DNA of 64,000 nucleotides from a bacterium (GCA_965249485.1 OZ252239.1:1472001-1536000), one strand, 5' to 3'; counted from the first letter of the stretch, positions 32,592 to 42,575 are shown. Notes: generated from the letters alone by a model not told the origin. Program-made: numbers and translations.

Positions 32592-33980
32592 CTACTGGTA
32601 CGATTTTTTGGTTTTGTAAAATGCTAAGCGGTAAAAAATGAGCCAGAAAACGATCATCCCCGCTGTAAGAAAGAGAGTATTGACGGGACCTATTCCTGAC
32701 GAATGAATTAAAGGAAGTGCAGCACCGGTAAAAAGACCCCCACCAAGGATCGGTTCATGAAAAAGCTGTTTGTATCCGAATGCTTCTAAAATACCGGTTT
32801 CCGATTTCGGGTCGACAATGCGAAGCAGGATGAGTCCGGTTGCCGTCACACCCATAGACTGCCCGAAATCGGCGATGCTTCTTTCGAAAACCGAATCCCA
32901 AAACAGGCAGGGAGCAAGATAGAGCACACACAAAACATTCCATCCGACTCCAAAAATCATAAGAAGTGTAAAGGGAATAATATCTGCCCATATAGCCTGT
33001 AATGATATAGTGGCAAGTGCCGATACAATCAGAAAATCAAGCGCTAATCCGTTCAATCTCATCATAAGGGCATGATCAAGCAGGTCGCGCTTGTCATATT
33101 TGTCGAATATTTTTTGTATTAAAACTCCTCCGAGCATGGCAAGCGGAAATAGAGGAAAACGCGCCATGATCTTCGGCATTCCAAGTGGAAGCAAATATGC
33201 GTTTTCGAACACAATGAGAAGTTGCAAGAATATATAACCAATAAAAATGGCGAGTCCCACGATCGCAAAATGGAATGCTAGTGGTTCGATGGAATCAACC
33301 GCCGTCGTCAACGACCCGGCAGTATCACGGCTACCTTTCTCAGGGAGTCCCTGTTTTACATGAACCGATAGGGTCTTCGGGTCCTGCAGCACCTGCGTCT
33401 GTCCTTTTCGCGATGCAATATTTATTAGAATCATCCCGATGACGACACCGAATAACACACCGACTGTTGCTGATCCGAGTGCAAGGTCCCTGCCTTCTTC
33501 CCAGCCCAATTCGGAAAAGGTATCCATCAGTCCCGCCGCTGTCCCGTGACCACCTTCGAACCCGATCGGAATTATCGCGGCAATCATCGGATTAACATTG
33601 AAGACAGGTACAAGCACTATGATGACAAGAAGCAGGCCGATTACATATTGTCCCCACCCGACTATCTGACCATATACGACCTGTACGCCACCGCGCTGCC
33701 AGATAGTTGACACACCCGGAATTTTATTGCCGAGAAATAGGGTCGCGAATACAATATTAATGAGAAAACCTGGGCTGCGAGCCCAGATTGACCTGACAGA
33801 CTCGAATGTTTCGGAATTATCGACACGAAGCAGCACCTGGACGGCAATCAGTCCGATCATTCCTCCTATAACGGACGAGGGGAGAAAAATTTTCTGAAAT
33901 AAGCCGACATTTACTCGCAGATATTTACCGATTAATAGCAGTATGCTTAATCCCGAAAGTGCATATACAATGACGGCCAT
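32592..33980 (-). CDS. gltS: Sodium/glutamate symporter family protein (GltS/ESS)
   Basis: GFEGGHGTAAG, ATVG and FGQSMGVTATG; polytopic membrane protein. Confidence 0.85.
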   Translation of the reverse strand: MAVIVYALSGLSILLLIGKYLRVNVGLFQKIFLPSSVIGGMIGLIAVQVLLRVDNSETFESVRSIWARSPGFLINIVFATLFLGNKIPGVSTIWQRGGVQVVYGQIVGWGQYVIGLLLVIIVLVPVFNVNPMIAAIIPIGFEGGHGTAAGLMDTFSELGWEEGRDLALGSATVGVLFGVVIGMILINIASRKGQTQVLQDPKTLSVHVKQGLPEKGSRDTAGSLTTAVDSIEPLAFHFAIVGLAIFIGYIFLQLLIVFENAYLLPLGMPKIMARFPLFPLAMLGGVLIQKIFDKYDKRDLLDHALMMRLNGLALDFLIVSALATISLQAIWADIIPFTLLMIFGVGWNVLCVLYLAPCLFWDSVFERSIADFGQSMGVTATGLILLRIVDPKSETGILEAFGYKQLFHEPILGGGLFTGAALPLIHSSGIGPVNTLFLTAGMIVFWLIFYRLAFYKTKKSYQ

Positions 33981-34083
33981 AGACTTCTCTCAATCTATAT
34001 TTTATTGTAGTCGAGTTAAAATGGAATGTCTCATTTAATTTCGATTATATATTTTTGTTGTAAGAGTTTATCACAAAAGAACA

Positions 34084-35358
34084 TTAACGTTCGGTTTTTG
34101 GCACTGCCTCATGCAGATCGTTTCCGGTCAGCTTTTCCGAATGCGATACGTACACCGCACAGACAGCATCACCGGTAATATTCAGCGTTGTTCGGAACAT
34201 ATCGATGATTCTGTCGACTCCGAGAACGAGCGCGATCATTTCGAGCGGAATATTGAGCTGAGTCAAAACTACTGCCAGCATAATGATCGACGCCCCCGGC
34301 ACACCGGCTGTCCCGACTGCTGCAAGTGTCGCAATTACAACAATTGATACCTGTGTAGCGAACGTCACCTTTATTCCCATTACAGTAGCTATAAACAGTG
34401 CAGCAACTCCCTGATAGAGTGATGTCCCATTCATATTTATTGTTGCACCAAGCGGCAGGACAAAACTGCATATATTTTTCGGAACATTGAGGTTGTCTTC
34501 ACAGCACTCCATATTGACCGGCAGAGTCGCTCCCGACGATGTGGTCGAAAATGCAATGAGCTGTGCCGGCTTGATCCCTTTAAAGAAAAATGAAACTTTC
34601 ATCTTTGTGAGCAATCTAAGTGCAAGAGGATAGATCGTGAACAAGTGTATGAGAAAACCGGCAATGGTAATGACAGTAAATGCACTGAGTGAAATTAATA
34701 AATCGTAGCCGAATTCACCGATAATGACTGCAATCAGCGCAAAAACTCCGATCGGAGCAACCTTCATAATAATCATGACCATCTTGATCATCGCATCATT
34801 GAGTCCGTTGAAAAACGCCAGGATCGGTTTCGACCGGTCCTCTGGCAGCAGTGTCAATGTCACACCGAGAAACATGGCAAAAAATATGATTTGGAGCATT
34901 GTTGCGTCGGTCAAAGCGCGCACAGGATTATTAGGAATAATGTTCACAAGTTGATCGGAAAAAGAAGGTGCTTCCAGCATTCGCTGTTCACCCTGCTGGG
35001 CCGTGATCTCATACCGTTCAAGGAGCAGCCTTTGTGTTTCGGCCGGAAGATCACTGCCGGGCTGAAAAATGTTTGCGAGTGTCAGGCCGATCACGCTCGA
35101 AATAATCGTTGTAATGAGAAAAAACAAAAGAGTTTTGCTGCCGATTCTGCCAAGCCGTTTCGGGTCACCGATACTCGCTGTGCCGACAAGCAATGATGCG
35201 AATACAAGCGGCACAACGATCATTGTGATCAACCGGATAAACGCCTGCCCGAAAGGGCGAACCCAGAGTATATCCTCCTTAAACAGAAACCCGGCAATAA
35301 TTCCCAGTGCCAGACCAATAAGAATTTGTGTCGGCAGATCAAGCTTGAATCGTTTCAC
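34084..35358 (-). CDS. Dicarboxylate/amino acid:cation symporter (DAACS, GltP-like)
   Basis: AFSTTSSGATLP, PLGATINMNG, GTAGVPG and DRIIDMFRT. Confidence 0.92.
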   Translation of the reverse strand: MKRFKLDLPTQILIGLALGIIAGFLFKEDILWVRPFGQAFIRLITMIVVPLVFASLLVGTASIGDPKRLGRIGSKTLLFFLITTIISSVIGLTLANIFQPGSDLPAETQRLLLERYEITAQQGEQRMLEAPSFSDQLVNIIPNNPVRALTDATMLQIIFFAMFLGVTLTLLPEDRSKPILAFFNGLNDAMIKMVMIIMKVAPIGVFALIAVIIGEFGYDLLISLSAFTVITIAGFLIHLFTIYPLALRLLTKMKVSFFFKGIKPAQLIAFSTTSSGATLPVNMECCEDNLNVPKNICSFVLPLGATINMNGTSLYQGVAALFIATVMGIKVTFATQVSIVVIATLAAVGTAGVPGASIIMLAVVLTQLNIPLEMIALVLGVDRIIDMFRTTLNITGDAVCAVYVSHSEKLTGNDLHEAVPKTER

Positions 35359-35673
35359 ATACTCTCCTTATTTGTAGGCAGACGACTCTTTTCAATGAAT
35401 AGGTTGAGCAAACTAATGAGATTCAAAAAAGTGTATTTTATTGTGAACAGACTAATAAATGTATTTTTATAATCATTGTCAAAATAAACTTTGTCTTTGT
35501 AAAGGGATAGTGTGAAAAAATTTAATTTATGTAATTAATGACTGTTAGATAAGAAATACATTCGTACTCATTATAGATATAAACTATATCACTGAAATTA
35601 ATTGCAAATATTGTAAAAGCGAGGAACTCGATTCGATGTATAAATGTTTCTAAGAATGAAACAATGAAAGTGC

Positions 35674-35702
35674 TTGCATTTAAAAATACTATTTAGTACA
35701 TT
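35674..35702 (+). promoter_or_regulatory. sigma70-type promoter upstream of the Cys-rich leader
   Basis: TTGCAT-N17-TACATT. Confidence 0.5.
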
Positions 35703-35783
35703 TTTAATTCTTAAAAGGTAAAATTGAATAGAAACAGTTTTCCGCAATTAGACACCTGAAAACTTTTTCGACTTTATTCAATT

Positions 35784-35885
35784 ATGTTCATAATACCTTA
35801 CATAACTGCTCCATGTTGTAGTAATAAACACCGTTGTGCCTGTTGTCCAAACAAGGTACGCAAAAAAATGCCTTTGTCAGTCTAA
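35784..35885 (+). CDS. Cysteine-rich leader peptide (33 aa)
   Basis: MFIIPYITAPCCSNKHRCACCPNKVRKKMPLSV*, with five TGT codons among codons 11-21, directly upstream of a cysteine synthase operon. Confidence 0.7.
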   Translation: MFIIPYITAPCCSNKHRCACCPNKVRKKMPLSV

Positions 35886-35907
35886 ACAGAACGAATTTAA
35901 TTTTTAG

Positions 35908-35942
35908 AACCCTTTTGCTGACATGGCAAAAGGGTTTTTTTT
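35908..35942 (+). terminator. Attenuator terminator in the cysteine operon leader
   Basis: AACCCTTTTGC-tgacatg-GCAAAAGGGTT with a T8 tract (35935-35942), ending 11 nt before the cysM ATG. Confidence 0.85.
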
Positions 35943-35953
35943 AAAGGAACGAA

Positions 35954-36880
35954 ATGAACATTCTAAATCTTATTGGAAATACGCCGGTTGTCGATCTCAG
36001 TTTTTTGAGTGATGATAAACCTGGAGTATCCCTTTATGCAAAGGCGGAGTGGATGAATCCAGGCGGTTCAATCAAGGACCGTCCTGTGAAACGGATGCTG
36101 ACACAGGCGATCAAAAACAGTGTTCTGACGTCTGATAAAACCATTATAGATTCCAGCAGCGGCAATGCCGGTATTGCCTACGCCATGATTGGCAATGCTC
36201 TGGGATATAAGGTTAGTATCGTCATCCCCGGGAATGCCAGTCAGGAAAGGAAACAGCGGATACAGTTTCACGGAGCGGAACTGATCGAAACCGACCCGAT
36301 TGAAGGATATGATGAAGCTGTCCGGACTGTTCACCGGGTGTATGAGGAAAATCCGGAAAAGTATTTTTTATGCGATCAGTATGCAAATGACGATAATTGG
36401 CTTGCTCATTATGAAGGCACTGCTGTTGAATTGCTGAGCCAAATCGATAAGCCAATTGACCACTTTGTGTGCGGTATCGGTACCGGGGGAACGATAACCG
36501 GAATCGGAAAGAGGCTCAAAGAGCTGAATAAAAAAATGACAATCTGGGCACTCAGACCGGAAGTCTGGCCGGGGATTGAAGGACTAAAACCGCTCGGTTC
36601 ACCGGAAGATATTATCCCAAAGATTTTTGACGAATCGCTGGTCGACGAGTGGATCGATATTACAGCTACTGAAGCGAAACAGTGGTGTCATATTATTGTA
36701 AAGCACGGATTTTTTGTCGGTCAGTCATCGGGTGCCTATCTGGCTGCTTGTGAAAAGGTCATTGGGCAGATTCAGACCGGAACAGTTGTCACATTATTAA
36801 AAGATCTTGGAGAGAGGTATTATAGTGCAGGATTATGGCGGGGGGAAGTCGAAAATTCGGTTGTCACAGAAACTTGTTGA
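35954..36880 (+). CDS. cysM: PLP-dependent cysteine synthase (CysM-like, probably sulfur-carrier dependent)
   Basis: IGNTP, KAEWMNPGGSIKDR, SSGNAG and GIGTGGT; neighbours a JAMM peptidase and a MoaD/E1 gene. Confidence 0.88.
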   Translation: MNILNLIGNTPVVDLSFLSDDKPGVSLYAKAEWMNPGGSIKDRPVKRMLTQAIKNSVLTSDKTIIDSSSGNAGIAYAMIGNALGYKVSIVIPGNASQERKQRIQFHGAELIETDPIEGYDEAVRTVHRVYEENPEKYFLCDQYANDDNWLAHYEGTAVELLSQIDKPIDHFVCGIGTGGTITGIGKRLKELNKKMTIWALRPEVWPGIEGLKPLGSPEDIIPKIFDESLVDEWIDITATEAKQWCHIIVKHGFFVGQSSGAYLAACEKVIGQIQTGTVVTLLKDLGERYYSAGLWRGEVENSVVTETC

Positions 36881-37271
36881 TCAATTCAATTCACAAGCAG
36901 TAGATGAGTTCCCACATGAGTGCTGCGGTTTTATTATAGGGAATGTAGATGGGAAGAAAGCGGAAGCACTCGAATATCTACCGGCAAAGAATAAAATGTC
37001 AGAAAACAGGGAGCGGCGGTTTGTTATCGATCCGGTGGAGTATATGGAAGTTGAGGAAAATGCCGATGAGCGGAACCTGTCTCTGATCGGAATTGTCCAC
37101 TCTCATCCGAATGCTCCGGCAGAGCCATCTGAATTTGACAGAACCCACGCATTTCCTGGTTTCAGTTACATTATTATTTCAGTATCCGGAGAAGAGATAA
37201 AAGCAGTCCGGTCATGGCGTCTGACCGAAGACAGAGAAAAGTTTTTTGAAGAAACTATTGACATAGAGTAG
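36807..37271 (+). CDS. mec: JAMM/M67 metallopeptidase (Mec-like); start uncertain
   Basis: PHECCG and HSHPNAPAEPSEFD (JAMM motif). Confidence 0.88.
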   Translation: MERGIIVQDYGGGKSKIRLSQKLVDQFNSQAVDEFPHECCGFIIGNVDGKKAEALEYLPAKNKMSENRERRFVIDPVEYMEVEENADERNLSLIGIVHSHPNAPAEPSEFDRTHAFPGFSYIIISVSGEEIKAVRSWRLTEDREKFFEETIDIE

Positions 37272-37372
37272 CAATACCATATATTATCGCATTAAGAAAA
37301 TTTTGCTTGAAGCATAATTCTGTTTGTGAGATCACTGAAGCATAGATGATGAGATATCAAGGAGGTATGTAA

Positions 37373-38788
37373 ATGCAATCCACGATTCATATTCCATCAC
37401 CGCTTAGACGGTTTACCGGGGGAATTGCTCGGATTGAGGTGAAAGGAAATGATGTTCAAACAGCATTAGATGACTTATTCTCAAATTATCCTGAAATTCA
37501 CCGCCACTTAATCGATGAAAAAGGTGGTGTGCGCAATTTTGTGAATATTTATATCGGAAGCGAAAACATCAGGGATAAAGAAGGTTTTGAAACTTCTTTG
37601 GATGCTGGTTCTGAAATCCGCATCATTCCGTCAATAGCGGGTGGGAGTGGTCCGACATTGAGTCCGAAGGAATTCAGGCGTTATAGCAGACACTACACAT
37701 TACCGGAAGTCGGCGTCGAAGGACAAAAAAAGCTTAAAGCTGCCAAAGCGCTGATTATCGGTCTCGGTGGTCTCGGATGTCCCGTTTCGCTCTATCTCAG
37801 CGCGGCGGGAGTCGGAACAATCGGTATGGTCGATTATGATGTTGTCGATGAAACGAATCTTCAGCGGCAGATAATTTATGGTGTCGAGCATGTAGGACAA
37901 TCAAAGCTGAAAGTAGCTCGTGAGCGATTGACCAGCCTCAATCCGCATCTTAACTATATTCTGCACGAAGAACCGCTATCGTCTCTGAATGCACTCGATA
38001 TTATCAAGAACTACGATGTGGTCATTGACGGAACTGATAACTTCCCGACACGCTATCTCGTCAATGATGCATGTGTCTTGCTCGGTAAACCCAATGTATA
38101 CGGCTCTATTTTCCGTTTTGATGGTCAGGCATCCGTGTTCAACTATGAAGACGGTCCCTGCTACCGGTGTCTCTATCCCGAACCACCACCTCCGGGTCTT
38201 GTCCCCTCATGCGCTGAAGGCGGCGTTCTTGGCGTTCTGCCCGGAATAATTGGATCAATTCAGGCAAATGAAGCAATGAAGATTATTATGGGTATCGGTG
38301 AGACGCTCAAAAACAGGTTTGTCTTATTTGATGCTCTGGCTATGTCATTCAACGAGCTAAAAATCCGGCGTGACGAGAACTGTGCTGTTTGCGGTAAAAA
38401 TCCGACTGTAACCGAGTTGATCGACTATACGGAGTTCTGCGGAATTCCATCAAAAGACGAGCTTGCGGAATCTAATGATATTACTGTAAGTGAGCTCAAA
38501 AATCGTCTTGACAGCAAGGATCCGGTGGACCTTCTCGATGTCCGGGAAGATTTTGAGCTTCAGATTGCTCAGATACCGGGCGCTATACATATACCTATGA
38601 ATGAAGTGCCGAAAAGGCTTGAAGAGTTGAGCAAGGACAATGAACTGGTTGTTATGTGCCGGACGGGAGTACGATCTTCGGATATCCGTGATTTTCTTAA
38701 AAATAACGATTTTAAAAATGTCAGAAACCTAACCGGTGGTATTAAAGCTTGGTCTGAAGAAATTGACCCGTCAGTACCAGTGTACTAA
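37373..38788 (+). CDS. moeB: Fusion: MoaD/CysO-like ubiquitin-fold sulfur carrier + MoeB/ThiF E1-like adenylyltransferase + rhodanese
   Basis: Residues 1-91 run IPSPLR...FVNIY...IIPSIAGG; then RYSRH, GLGGLG, SCAEGGVLG, CYRC and CAVC; C-terminal CRTGVRS rhodanese loop. Confidence 0.92.
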   Translation: MQSTIHIPSPLRRFTGGIARIEVKGNDVQTALDDLFSNYPEIHRHLIDEKGGVRNFVNIYIGSENIRDKEGFETSLDAGSEIRIIPSIAGGSGPTLSPKEFRRYSRHYTLPEVGVEGQKKLKAAKALIIGLGGLGCPVSLYLSAAGVGTIGMVDYDVVDETNLQRQIIYGVEHVGQSKLKVARERLTSLNPHLNYILHEEPLSSLNALDIIKNYDVVIDGTDNFPTRYLVNDACVLLGKPNVYGSIFRFDGQASVFNYEDGPCYRCLYPEPPPPGLVPSCAEGGVLGVLPGIIGSIQANEAMKIIMGIGETLKNRFVLFDALAMSFNELKIRRDENCAVCGKNPTVTELIDYTEFCGIPSKDELAESNDITVSELKNRLDSKDPVDLLDVREDFELQIAQIPGAIHIPMNEVPKRLEELSKDNELVVMCRTGVRSSDIRDFLKNNDFKNVRNLTGGIKAWSEEIDPSVPVY

Positions 38789-38968
38789 CGGGATCTCACA
38801 TCGATCCATTATTTGAACTGTTTGAATTTTCGTATTGAATAGCTCAATCATACCATTCAACTTTTGGCCGGTTGTAAATTATAATAAATTAATTAACATC
38901 GCTAAACATGCGCTTGATGTCGCATCCGGCAGCATACGCATGGAAAATCGCTTTGAAAGGAGTACCAA

Positions 38969-39607
38969 ATGTCAATACATTTAGGAAGTATTGCCCCTGA
39001 TTTTAAACAGGAATCAACTGAGGGCACAATCAGCTTCCACGAGTGGCTCGGCGATTCCTGGGGAGTGCTGTTCTCTCATCCGGCAGATTACACACCTGTC
39101 TGTACGACTGAACTCGGGAGAGTTGCATCACTGAAGGATGAATTTGCCAAACGGAATGTGAAAGTCATCGGTCTTTCTGTCGATTCGCTTGATTCTCACA
39201 AAGGTTGGATCAATGATATTAATGAAACGCAGAATACAACGGTCAATTTTCCGCTTATTGCCGATTATGATAAAAAAGTAGCACATCTGTATGATATGCT
39301 CCACTCTGATGGGAGCGATTCAAAAACAGTGCGGTCGGTATTTGTTATCGATCCGAATAAAAAGGTCAGGCTGACCTTGACCTATCCGGCATCCACAGGG
39401 AGAAATTTTGATGAATTACTCCGTGTAATCGATTCGCTTCAGTTGACGGAGTATCATAAAGTTGCAACACCGGCCGACTGGAAAGATGGTGGAGATGTTG
39501 TTATCCTGCCCGATTTGAAGGATGAACAGGAGCTTAAAGAGCGGTTTCCGAAAGGGTACAAAGCAATAAAACCGTATCTGCGTCTAACACCACAGCCGAA
39601 TAAATAA
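38969..39607 (+). CDS. 1-Cys peroxiredoxin (Prx6)
   Basis: FSHPADYTPVCTTE and YPASTGRNF. Confidence 0.93.
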   Translation: MSIHLGSIAPDFKQESTEGTISFHEWLGDSWGVLFSHPADYTPVCTTELGRVASLKDEFAKRNVKVIGLSVDSLDSHKGWINDINETQNTTVNFPLIADYDKKVAHLYDMLHSDGSDSKTVRSVFVIDPNKKVRLTLTYPASTGRNFDELLRVIDSLQLTEYHKVATPADWKDGGDVVILPDLKDEQELKERFPKGYKAIKPYLRLTPQPNK

Positions 39608-39629
39608 AACTCTCATTATGTAAATAAAA

Positions 39630-39661
39630 AAAACGGGCACATAAACTAATGTGCCCGTTTT
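39630..39661. terminator. Bidirectional intrinsic terminator
   Basis: AAAACGGGCACAT-aaacta-ATGTGCCCGTTTT between convergent genes. Confidence 0.85.
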
Positions 39662-39687
39662 GATATTTTGATTGCAATTTTCTCCCG

Positions 39688-40401
39688 TTAATCCAAAACC
39701 TTAATCAATTCGACCTCAAAGATCAGAAAAGAATTTGGTGGTATTGTTCCACTATCTTTTGCTCCGTATCCCAATTCAGGAGAAACGAATAGCTGCCACT
39801 TTGATCCTTCTTTCATGAGTTGAAGGGCTTCTGTCCAGCCGGCAATAACGCCGCCAACAGCGAATTCTACAGGCTGACCGCGTTTATATGAACTATCAAA
39901 TTCTGTTCCGTCGATAAAAGTACCCTGATAATGAGTCTGGACTTTATTGTCACGAGTCGGACTTTTCCCTGTACCCTCCTGGAGCACTTTGTATTGCAAG
40001 CCGCTCGCAAGCGTTACTACACCCTCTTTGGAGGCGTTTTCTGCGAGAAATGCCTGAGCAGCCGCCAGGTTGCTTTGAGCATCTTCATTACCCTTTGCGG
40101 CCTTTTCCATAGCGAATCGTTGAATCATTGTTTGAGTGATTTGACCCATGTCCTCGCTCGTCATTTGAGCGTCATTTCCGTTAATTTGATCGATGATCGC
40201 CTGTTGGAATGGTTCCATATTCACCTCAAAACCGTTTTGTGTGAGCTGGGTCCCTACCTGAAATCCGAGTGCATAGCTGAACTTATCGAGATCGTTTTCA
40301 AGGTTGATCGCAACAGGTTCATCAGTATTTTCGGTTGAGCTGCAGGCTGCTGAAAATGTAAATAATATAATAAGCAGAAACACGATAGTCTTCTTATGCA
40401 T
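39688..40401 (-). CDS. FKBP-type peptidyl-prolyl isomerase (FkpA/FklB), lipoprotein
   Basis: SYALG, SGLQY, FDSS, VIAGW and IPPNS; FSAAC lipobox. Confidence 0.92.
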   Translation of the reverse strand: MHKKTIVFLLIILFTFSAACSSTENTDEPVAINLENDLDKFSYALGFQVGTQLTQNGFEVNMEPFQQAIIDQINGNDAQMTSEDMGQITQTMIQRFAMEKAAKGNEDAQSNLAAAQAFLAENASKEGVVTLASGLQYKVLQEGTGKSPTRDNKVQTHYQGTFIDGTEFDSSYKRGQPVEFAVGGVIAGWTEALQLMKEGSKWQLFVSPELGYGAKDSGTIPPNSFLIFEVELIKVLD

Positions 40402-40648
40402 TACAACTCTTTTATTTACTAACATTTACATGATACAGTTCATTTATGTTCAGGGTGCCAAATTAAGGAAATTCACAATATATTCCAAACTATTTATTCC
40501 TGTAAGGAACTATCATAATTTAAAGTATGTCTTAGTATAACCGGATTTATTGAATCCAATTTGTATTGTTTCTCGTTTATCAAGTCGTTATATTATCGCC
40601 GTACACATAGTTCGATAAGAATTGTTAAATAAAAAGGAAAACACAAAA

Positions 40649-41158
40649 ATGAGTAGTATAGATTTTAGTCATCTTCCTGACTATTCCAGAATATGGATAT
40701 TCGGAAGTATCAAACCGCTGAACAGCGATGACGTCCAAACTATTGAGCGTAGTATGGATGATTTTGTAAGAGAATGGATAGCACATAAGAAAGACGTACT
40801 CGGTAGTTGGACACTTGTGCATGACCGGTTTATCTGTATTGGTGCAGATGAGTCGGCAGTCGGTGTTTCGGGTTGCTCAATCGACAGTATGGTCGGGAAT
40901 CTCCGCACTCTTGAACAAAGAATCGATTCTGTTATTGCCGACTCCCATTCTTCGGTGTTTTTCCGCGATAATGAGGGTGCTATTCAAGCTGTATCGCGAC
41001 AGGAATTCAAAAATATGGCCGCAAAGAGTGTCGTCAGTGATGACACTATTGTATTCGATAATACCGTACAGACTGTCGGTGATTTTCGAAACGGTAAGTG
41101 GGAATTACAGGCAAAAAACTCTTGGCACGATACTTTAATGGGAGCGGCAGTTTCCTGA
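40649..41158 (+). CDS. Conserved hypothetical protein (W-x-AH, SGCSID family)
   Basis: SRIWIF, WIAH, SGCSID, VFDNTV and SWH motifs, recalled from a family common in FCB-group genomes. Confidence 0.65.
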   Translation: MSSIDFSHLPDYSRIWIFGSIKPLNSDDVQTIERSMDDFVREWIAHKKDVLGSWTLVHDRFICIGADESAVGVSGCSIDSMVGNLRTLEQRIDSVIADSHSSVFFRDNEGAIQAVSRQEFKNMAAKSVVSDDTIVFDNTVQTVGDFRNGKWELQAKNSWHDTLMGAAVS

Positions 41159-41192
41159 TCATCTCCATGAAGACGGACGAAGCTGTCCTGCT

Positions 41193-42575
41193 ATGAATAC
41201 CCACAATACAATGAAACTATTACTGTTCTTTTTGAGTGTAGGGATACTGTTTTCCGGCTGTCAGAATGACTGGAATACCGCGATTCCGAAAATTGTCAAT
41301 ATTAAAATAGAGGTTGATGTCGAATACGGATATGTTGCCATCAATTACGATATTATCGATGATAAAGGTGACGGTTTAGAGGTCTATTTAAACGACGATG
41401 AACTGAATGTCTATATGCAGGTGTCGAATGACGGCGGAAAAACATTCACTTTTCCAGCGGAATCAGTGTATGGACATGTCAGGCGTGAAGAGGTTTCTCC
41501 CGGAACAGACTGGCAGATTCTTTGGCATTACGACAATGATAATATTGATTTTGCAGCAGCAGGCAATAAATTTGTGGTCAAACTTATTGCGGATGACCGA
41601 TATCAGACCAGTATTGAAGAGTTGATTAGCCGTGTTGATGTTGAGCGGATCAAGAGCGATTTGGCTATTATTGAAGGAATACGGCACTATGCTACCGGTG
41701 AAGAACACCTCCTTGAAGTGCGAAACCTAATTGAAGAACGGTTTGCATCACTTGGTCTCAATGTGAATATAGACAAATTTGATTATGAAGGATATCCGGC
41801 AGCGAATATTTCTGCATACAAGACGGGAATGAGGAGAATCAATGATCTCTACGGTATTGGTGCCCATTTCGACTCTGTTGAAGATTCTCCCGGAGCAGAA
41901 GATAATGGTTCAGGTATTGCCATTATGCTCGAAGCTGCACGGATTCTTTCAGAGCATTGGTATAATGGTTCATTAGCATTTCTTGGTTTTGATCTGGAGG
42001 AGGAGGGACTGATCGGCAGCGGCCATTATGTTGAGAACACTATACCTGATAATGCCGACATTCAGGGTGTGATTATCCTTGATCAGGTCGGATATTTCAA
42101 TTCGGAACCAAATAGTCAGAGGGTACCGGAAGGTGTTGATCAGGTTTTTCCCGAGTTTTACAGTACGGTATCACAATATGAATTCAAAGGGGATTTTGTC
42201 TGGAATATTGCAAATGAATATTCACAGGAACTCGCAACCGAATTTACGCAGAGTGCACTTAATTTTATACCGGAATTAAAAGTGTTTGAAATTATTGCAC
42301 CCGGGAATGCAGAAAATGTCAGTGATCTCCGAAGAAGTGACCATAGACCTTTCTGGGATGCCAATTATCCGGCAATATTGCTTTCTGCGGGTTCGGGTGA
42401 ATTTAGAAATCCTAATTATCACCAGGAAAGTGACACGAAAGAAACATTGAACTACGAAAAAATGACTGATTTGACTCGTGCTCTTATTGCAACAATAGCA
42501 GGGCTCGCAGAATTCAGGCATGCAGGTTATGCAGTCAGCGATGAATTTGAAATCCCAATCGTTGCAGTACCTTAA
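41193..42575 (+). CDS. M28 family Zn metallopeptidase, lipoprotein
   Basis: FSGC lipobox; GAHFDS, GAEDNGSG, DLEEEGL, SDH and YH. Confidence 0.88.
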   Translation: MNTHNTMKLLLFFLSVGILFSGCQNDWNTAIPKIVNIKIEVDVEYGYVAINYDIIDDKGDGLEVYLNDDELNVYMQVSNDGGKTFTFPAESVYGHVRREEVSPGTDWQILWHYDNDNIDFAAAGNKFVVKLIADDRYQTSIEELISRVDVERIKSDLAIIEGIRHYATGEEHLLEVRNLIEERFASLGLNVNIDKFDYEGYPAANISAYKTGMRRINDLYGIGAHFDSVEDSPGAEDNGSGIAIMLEAARILSEHWYNGSLAFLGFDLEEEGLIGSGHYVENTIPDNADIQGVIILDQVGYFNSEPNSQRVPEGVDQVFPEFYSTVSQYEFKGDFVWNIANEYSQELATEFTQSALNFIPELKVFEIIAPGNAENVSDLRRSDHRPFWDANYPAILLSAGSGEFRNPNYHQESDTKETLNYEKMTDLTRALIATIAGLAEFRHAGYAVSDEFEIPIVAVP

